Below are positions 56,092 through 64,000 of a DNA stretch of 64,000 bases, piece by piece. This DNA is from Octopus sinensis (taxonomy: Eukaryota): the NCBI RefSeq assembly GCF_006345805.1, contig NC_043007.1:26474001-26538000 (forward strand), in the 5' to 3' direction. The translations under genes and the position numbers were made by a program. The notes below the pieces were generated by a model. The model searched no databases, was not told where the DNA came from, and saw only the letters and a list, made by a program, of their open reading frames with translations. Within the stretch, counting starts at the first letter, position 1. The number at the start of each line of letters is the position of its first letter.

Positions 56092-56812
56092 AAATTCCAC
56101 CGAGGTCGACTTTGCCTTTCATCCTTTCGGGGTCCATTATTTCTATATAGCCCACGAGTGGCTAAACATAGAGGGGACAAACAAAGGGATTAAGTCGACC
56201 GCAGTGCATAACTGGTACTTAATTTATTGACTCCGAAAGGATGAAAGGCAAAGTCGACCTCGGCGGAATTTGAACTCAGAACGTAGCGGCAAGGGGCTAC
56301 ACACAGAGGGGACAAACAAGGACAGACAAACGGATTAAGTCGATTATATCGACCCCAGTGCGTAACTGGTACTTATTTAATCGACCCCGAAAGGATGAAA
56401 GGTAAAGTTGACCTCGGCGGAATTTGAACTCAGAACGTAGCGGCACACGAAATACCTATTTCTTTACTGTCCACAAGGGGCTAAACACAGAGGGGACAAA
56501 CAAGGGCAGTAATAATGGATTAAGTCGATTATATCGACAACAGTGCGTAACTGGTACTTATTTAATCGACCCCGAAAAGATGAAAGGCAAAGTCAACCTC
56601 GGCGGAATTTGAACTCAGAACGTAACGGCAGACGAAATACCGCTAAGCATTTCGCCCGGTGTGCTAACGTTTGTGCCAGCTCGCCGCCTTTCGGGGTCGA
56701 TTGAATAATTTCCAGTTACACAGTGGGGTCGATGTAATCGACTTAATCCTTTTGTCTGTCCTTGTTTGTCCTTCTATGTTTAGCCCCCTCCCACTGTGGG
56801 CAATAACGAAAT
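56092..56812. mobile_element. Nested SINE C: a minus-strand head plus three-body concatemer inserted into a plus-strand C copy
   Basis: The host is split, with CCTTTCGGGGTC at both 56123-56134 and 56687-56698. Confidence 0.88.
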
Positions 56813-59174
56813 AAATATTTGATGAATAACTTCTATCAAAGTTCGAAGAATAAAAAGCTGAATCTACCTTTGAAGGATTCGAACTCAGACTGTAAAACAG
56901 TATAATAGAAATTACATTCTATTGAACTGTCTGACAACATTAATAACTTGAAGCTGCTAATATTAATCTTTCCTATCATTAACGGAGAACCAGATATTTT
57001 AGATATCATCAAGTTCATTAACTAATTACACCCCGATTGATAACTTATTGTATCAATATTGTAAAGAAAGAAGGCAAAGTCCACCTTGGCTAGAATTGAA
57101 CTCAGGACCTAAAGGAATGTAACATAAAACCTGAAAGACTATCGTTCCACGTTCTATGAAATCTACCTCCCACCCCTACTTCTAATGATATTTTCTAAAA
57201 TTGGCAAAAGGCTATAATTTTTATAGAGGTGACAAAGGAAATTAGTTCACCCAAATCTTGGGTAGCTCTACATTTCATTGACCCTGGAAATGTAAAAAGG
57301 TCAACACGACCTGATCGAGGTTTGAACCGAAAATAGACGTAACTAAATATCAAAAGTTAGTTTGTCCTGAACTAATGCAAATTTTACATGAACCCCACCA
57401 TAATGATGAGGATGATGATAATAATATTAATAATGATGATGACGATGAGCAACTGCAAATGTCTTTCTGTTATAATGATTCCCCAGCTCCATTTTAGGTA
57501 ATATATTTCATAATTTTAAGTTCCTTTCTAGCACCGCCCCAAATAAAATATTTTCTCAATGAAATTGACGTATCAAAACGAAAGAACACACAAGTACACA
57601 CAGAGCCACTATGTGGTCATATTTCTTGCAAGAAATGTCAATGAAGTTACCTTCGAATATAACTTTATTGAAGTTATGATAGGATGGTGAATTGAGTAAT
57701 ATAGACCAAGATATCCACCTAAAACAACAAAAAATGTTCATTGATAATCATAGATCTGAATGAAGAATCACGACTAATGGTGAGCTATATATATATATAT
57801 ATATATATACAACTCGTCTTCTGTGTCCTATGGTAGGGATTCTATAGCTACCTACTAGCTCATGTTCAATAGCGGACCAAAAGCCCAGGGGCAAGGAAAG
57901 TGCTAATGCTGGCATCATGACCAGGTCTTGAAGGCCATAAAGATGCCACTTTCAGCTATATTTCCTATTTTAAGCACCACAGCCTAATGAAAAATAGTTA
58001 CTTTTGTCGAGGTTGGGGTGGAGCCAATTAGCAAGGGCACATTGACAGGGAACTGAAAGTCGATAGAGTAAAGGAACTGAAGTTCACAGTAGCTGTTGTT
58101 TCAAAAGGCCAGACATTATATTGATCACCGAATCATTCGAATAGGTAGCTTCGTTAAACCTCTCATTGCTCATGGGCACCGTATTGAAGAGGAAAACGAT
58201 TGGAGGAAATCGAAATAGCGTCAAAGATTTTAATTGTCAAAATAATGGGCGGTTCTTCTTCGGGGCCCATAACCTGCTGGGTATTACAGGGGCCAGTTAT
58301 CGGAAGACCATCAAATTAGGAACGGAGGTAGGAATGGTTACTTCAAGCGATGAATGGGGAAGGATTAATAGGACTTAAGTTGGGCATTGATCAACGTTGG
58401 TTGGATCACCTGGCGTCTGAGCGTAAAAGACTAGAAACACAAAATGAACCCAGCTAGTATTACTGATAACCGCCTGAGATGATTTTGAGATTGCACTGTC
58501 TCTGTAAATATACATGAAACTACTTTTATATCTGTAAAATATACATTATATACACCGGGAATGTATATTTTTCGTGCAAATTCTACGAATAGAGTTTAAT
58601 ATATCTAATGTTTGTCTTAAGTGATTGGTCGCAAAAGATCATACCCGATGTATTTAACAAATATTTAATTATATAATTATATTCTCTATTATAAGAGCAT
58701 CGTAATACCTATATATTTTGATTTATCTGGAAGGAAATTGTTTACACAGTATACTAAATCATAATGTCCGACGATATTCGTTTACTGATATCATTTGTAG
58801 AATTGTGTTAGAATAATAAATTCTTATATTTCATATTTCGAGCTTTATAATACAGCTGCATTCTCGATACGGCTCAAATATGATGCTGCATTTTTCTGCA
58901 GAACAGCCATGCTCAAAGTGACGAGATCTGAATTCACCCTTCAGCATAAGAATTACACCACAGGATTTCTGTGTTCCCTCCGAGTGTATATCACTTGTTT
59001 TAGTATATAATAGTATTTAAAATAGTATTAATATTGTTTGTTTTATCTATAATTTTTTTGATTTTTATTCCTAGTTCTCCTAGTTTAATTTTAGGGTGAA
59101 ATGGGTTAGGATTAGTATCATTTTGTTTAGATATTTATTATCAAAAAATAAGTCATTGAGTGTAGCTATTCTTT

Positions 59175-59399
59175 TATTCTTTTATATGTTTCAGTCATTT
59201 GACTGCGGCCGTGCTGGAGCACCGCCTTTAGTCGAGCAAATCGAACCCAGGACTTATTCTTTGTAAGCCTAGTACTTATTCTATCGGTCTATTTTGCCGA
59301 ACTGCTAAGTTACGGGGACGTAAACACACCAGCATCGGTTGTCAAGCGATGCTGGAGAGGGGTGGACAAACACAGACACACAAACATATAAATACATAC

Positions 59400-59440
<41 letters not shown>

Positions 59441-59441
59441 C

Positions 59442-59533
<92 letters not shown>

Positions 59534-59536
59534 CAT

Positions 59537-59583
<47 letters not shown>

Positions 59584-59745
59584 GTACGACGGGCTTCTTT
59601 CAGTTTCCGTCTAGCAAATCCACTCACAAGGCTTTGGTCGGCCCGAGGCTATAGTAGAAGACACTTGCCCAAGGTGCTACGCAGTGGGACTGAACCCGGA
59701 ACCATGTGGTCGGTAAGCAAGCTACTTACCACACAGCCACTCCTG
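59175..59745 (-). mobile_element. SINE family D, complete, internal (TA)n expanded to ~200 bp
   Basis: Both halves match the other D copies closely. Confidence 0.92.
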
Positions 59746-60547
59746 TATATTAACAGTATTAATAAATCGAGTTGGGGGGATTGCTTTATTTTGGCTAGAA
59801 TTAGGATTATGTCATTGAAATTATTAATGTATTTAATATTTTTAATTTATTGATGTTTGTATAATTTTTGTGGTTATTGCTGGAATGAGTAAGAGAAACT
59901 AAGAGCATTTTGTTTGACCTCAAAACTCTCTAGGTCTATGTGATATGCTTGCTATGTACGATATCCCTAACCCTTCCATACTATTACATAATTCAGTTCA
60001 AATTTCTATATTTTCACCTACGGCTGGAGAAGGCTTCAATTGAAGGTTTGATATAAACTCAGCTACCAGCAGCTCCTACGTGTTCCTTGCAGATAATGCA
60101 TAATCTTATTAATATACTTTTGTCTTGAGTCGAATACAATTCAGTTACAATAGTGTAACAATGCATAGAGTTATATTGCCAAAAGCTATTCTCAGTAGGT
60201 GAATTGCGCAAAGGAAAGTGTATATCGAAATTTGACAAATATACGTGTATGCATATGTATACTACGGTCCGTATGCGTGTGTATGTGAGTGTGTGTAAGG
60301 GGATAAAATGAGCTAAAATATTTGATTTGTCGGATTTCCTTTAAGCATTAATGACCCACCTAGACTAGTACCTACAGGCCGTATTCATAATAGGGAGGTA
60401 AAGAATTTAATGCGGGTATTGTATGGTTTTGGATGTGACATTCCTTTGTTTCAGAGCTGAAACTAATGCGCATGCGTATGTCTGTATGGGTTCATATACG
60501 TCGGTGTGTATGCAATTGTATATGCGTTTGTATGGGTTTTCCTGCGT

Positions 60548-60592
<45 letters not shown>

Positions 60593-60597
60593 ATATA

Positions 60598-60768
60598 CTT
60601 TATTTAAAAGCAGTAGAAATATAACAAAAAGAAATATATACAGCAGAAATATAACTCTGAGTAACAGCTTTTGTTATATTTCTGCTGCTTTTAAATAAAG
60701 CATATTACTCTACCTCTAGTATTTGAGTACTCTTTTTTCCACCTTGTTTCACATTGTGTGCTTACTCC

Positions 60769-60770
<2 letters not shown>
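60598..60770. mobile_element. Short insert in (TA)n with a 32-bp inverted repeat (MITE-like or inverted Penelope-like end)
   Basis: CTTTATTTAAAAGCAGTAGAAATATAACAAAA (60598-60629) pairs with 60669-60700 with 1 mismatch; unique sequence continues to ~60770; (TA)n on both sides. Confidence 0.55.
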
Positions 60771-60825
<55 letters not shown>

Positions 60826-61379
60826 GTATGTATGTGTGTAGAAGCCTGTATCTACCTACGTCTCTCTGTAGATGTGTCTGCGTATGTTTGTGTATGTGTG
60901 TGTGTGTGTGTGTGTGTGCGTGTGTGTGTGTTTGTGTGTGTGTGGTGTATAAGCATATATTTATATTTGTAAGTATTACATATCCCGAATACAAGAATAT
61001 GAGCTAGGATGCGTGCCTGCACGTCTTTGTTGAAGGGAAATGGTGGATGACGAAGAGAGGAAGGAAGAAAACAACAACAAAAAAAGAAAGAAAGAAAGAA
61101 AAACAGAAAGAAAGAAAAGAAGAAAGACAGACAGAAAGCAAGAAATGCAAAATATGAAGGTAGGAAGTAAGAAGAAAACCCGGAAGTACGAAAGACAGAA
61201 GGAAAGAACAATACAAGTAGGATAAACAAATTGTCAGACCAAGGAGGGATTTTGAAATCCTGGTGCAACGTTTGAAGGGCTTTTTTTCGCTACCACCTCC
61301 CTCGCACCCCGCACACATTCTTATCTGCACTGTTATCTGTACGTCATGTGCATTACAACAACTGCAGATGCAATTAAAC

Positions 61380-61419
61380 TACATATACATGCTTATACAT
61401 ACATACATATATATATATA

Positions 61420-61471
<52 letters not shown>

Positions 61472-61553
61472 TATGTATATATATATGTATATATATGTAT
61501 ATATATATACATATATGTATATATATATACATATATATGTATATATATATAAT

Positions 61554-61596
<43 letters not shown>

Positions 61597-61703
61597 TATA
61601 TATATATACATACATATATATACATATATATATATATGTATATATATTATATATATATATATGTATATATATATGTATATATACATATATATATGTATAT
61701 ATA

Positions 61704-61789
<86 letters not shown>

Positions 61790-61910
61790 CGTATATATAC
61801 ATATATACATATCTATATATATACATATATATATATAATATATATATATATATGTATATATGTATATATACATAATATATATATACATACATATATATAT
61901 ATATATATAC

Positions 61911-61971
<61 letters not shown>

Positions 61972-62160
61972 GTATATATTAAATATGTATATTTTATATA
62001 TATGCATATATGCATACATATATGGACAGATATATATATATATATGTATGTATATATATTTATATAGACATGTAAACATACAGGTTATATGTATATGCAA
62101 ATACATACATATATACATGCACACGCACGCGTGCATGTATGCTAATGCATGCATCTATAT
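61380..62160. repeat. ~780-bp degenerate (TA)n/(TATG)/(TACA) tract
   Basis: Direct inspection. Confidence 0.95.
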
Positions 62161-62735
62161 GATTCCTGTATAGTGCACGATTTTTTGCGACGTAGGACTG
62201 CATGTTGTCGTTTTGCAAGCAGATGCAATGCATCTTAAAAGCTATCTGCATTTCGTCAACATTTTAGCAATGTTGCAAAAGACTGCGCTTGCTGTTGCAC
62301 ATTAGCTGCACATTGAGTCATTGTCTTCTTCTATGACTCATAATGCATCGTGGCAAGCTGCCCTTAAACGATACTTCAAGATTAGGGCTACGTGCAGATT
62401 TTAGCAGCTGCATCATAAACACAAACCTCCTTTGTGTTGCACATACATACACACATAGGTATATTCACACGTACATATATGCAAACATACATACATACAA
62501 ACATAGAAATGAACATACGCGCTCACATATCAGCAGCTTTATGTGCAGACACCTACATATATACATACAAACCATACATAGAAACCATACATACTTACAT
62601 ACATGCCTACATACTTACATATATACATACATGCATGCATACATACTTACATATATACATACATGCATGCATACATACTTACATATATACATACATACAT
62701 ACATACATACATGCCTACATACTTACATATATACA

Positions 62736-62766
<31 letters not shown>

Positions 62767-62809
62767 GTATGTGTGCTTTACGTGAGTGTATATCGAAATT
62801 ATATATGCC

Positions 62810-62844
<35 letters not shown>

Positions 62845-63064
62845 GTATATATGTATATGTATATATGTACGTGCGTGTGCATATACAAATGCATGTATGA
62901 ATAGGCATATGCGGTACTTATTGGTGCATGTGTGAATGTGGGTCTCTCTCCTCATATATATATATATATGTATATATGTACTTGTGTGTGCATATATAAA
63001 TGCATATATGAATAAGAATATAAGGTAATTATTGGTGCATCTGTGAATGTGTGTCTCTCATATG

Positions 63065-63124
<60 letters not shown>

Positions 63125-63331
63125 TACGTGTATACGTGAATGCATGCATGCTGCACACTTCTTTGCCTTGCTTGCTGCACTCATAAAATAAGGAAGACAG
63201 AGATTGCTGCATATCTCGTTGTGCAGCACTTTGTTTGACCTCAAAACTCTCTAGGTCTATGTGATATGCTTGCAACGTACGATATCTCCCCAAACCTTTC
63301 CATACTTATTACATAATACGCGCACTCTCAC

Positions 63332-63484
63332 CATTCGCCATTGCCGCCGCCATCGCCATCGCCAGGCGTGCGTCCGCCGCTCGCTGCTGCTGCTGCTGCT
63401 GCTGCAACATTTCAAGCCCCCTTCTGCTGCCTGCACTCCCCGCTGCACCACCACCATCCCCATCCCCCACCGATCTTGCTGCAT
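63332..63484 (-). CDS. Candidate 153-nt phase 1-1 exon encoding a Gly/Ala/Gln-rich peptide, gene unknown
   Basis: T-rich acceptor ...TTTTATTCATTGAG|, donor AATG|GTGAGA, open frame AARSVGDGDGGGAAGSAGSRRGLEMLQQQQQQQRAADARLAMAMAAAMAN, locally CpG-rich. No homology recognised. Confidence 0.3.
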
Positions 63485-63636
63485 CTCAATGAATAAAAGC
63501 TAATAATCGTGTAATAAAGAAGCAGTTAAATATATAAATATATTAGTCTAGTTCTATCGCGTTTCCATCATAGATGATGGCGTGATGCTTCCTTTCAGTT
63601 ATTCCCTCAGCAGCAGCAGCAACATCAACAACTACC

Positions 63637-63672
<36 letters not shown>

Positions 63673-64000
63673 CAACAACAACAACAACAATCAACCAGCA
63701 ACCCCAGCAACCGCCACCCTCCTCCTGAAAAATAAAAAAAATACCTCCCACTTAATCATTAAAATAACATTTAATGGAGGATATTGCCCTTTGAATATAA
63801 AAGGGGGGAAATAAAATCAAACAAATAAATAAAATGGGGAGTCAGCCAGATTTACAATTGTTGTAAAAAGTTTGTTTTTTTAGTTTATTGGTGTTCATCC
63901 ATAAATACCGGCTCCTTCCTTGGTCAGTTCCCAATCGATTGAAACATTATCTAACATTACTCATATGCCCCAGGTTTAAATATATATATATATATATATA

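Overview
Eukaryotic, AT-rich non-coding DNA dominated by microsatellites and retroelements. The SINE repertoire and repeat landscape suggest a coleoid cephalopod, probably Octopus (inferred from recalled family sequences, not from a search). I recognise no intact host gene, rRNA, true tRNA or CRISPR array; almost every long ORF in the track is a translated microsatellite. Supported content: four tRNA-headed SINE families (my labels A-D) in many copies, decayed R4/Dong-clade RT and CCHC/RLE fragments, a ~545-bp (AAT)n-tailed non-coding element (E), a Tx1/L1-clade 3' end inside a (GATA)n tract, a DD41D-like Tc1/mariner transposase relic, Helitron-like and MITE-like elements, Penelope-like remnants with minimal hammerhead-ribozyme motifs, several long fold-back palindromes, a B-box minisatellite, and a 100-N gap. 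The most interesting patterns are the hammerhead motifs, the apparent partitioning of microsatellite types among element families, fixed 12-bp TSDs on SINE A, fixed-junction SINE C concatemers, and the long hairpins. A few splice-bounded exon candidates exist but none can be assigned to a gene. Most element boundaries are read by eye and approximate. None of this is shown to be previously undescribed.
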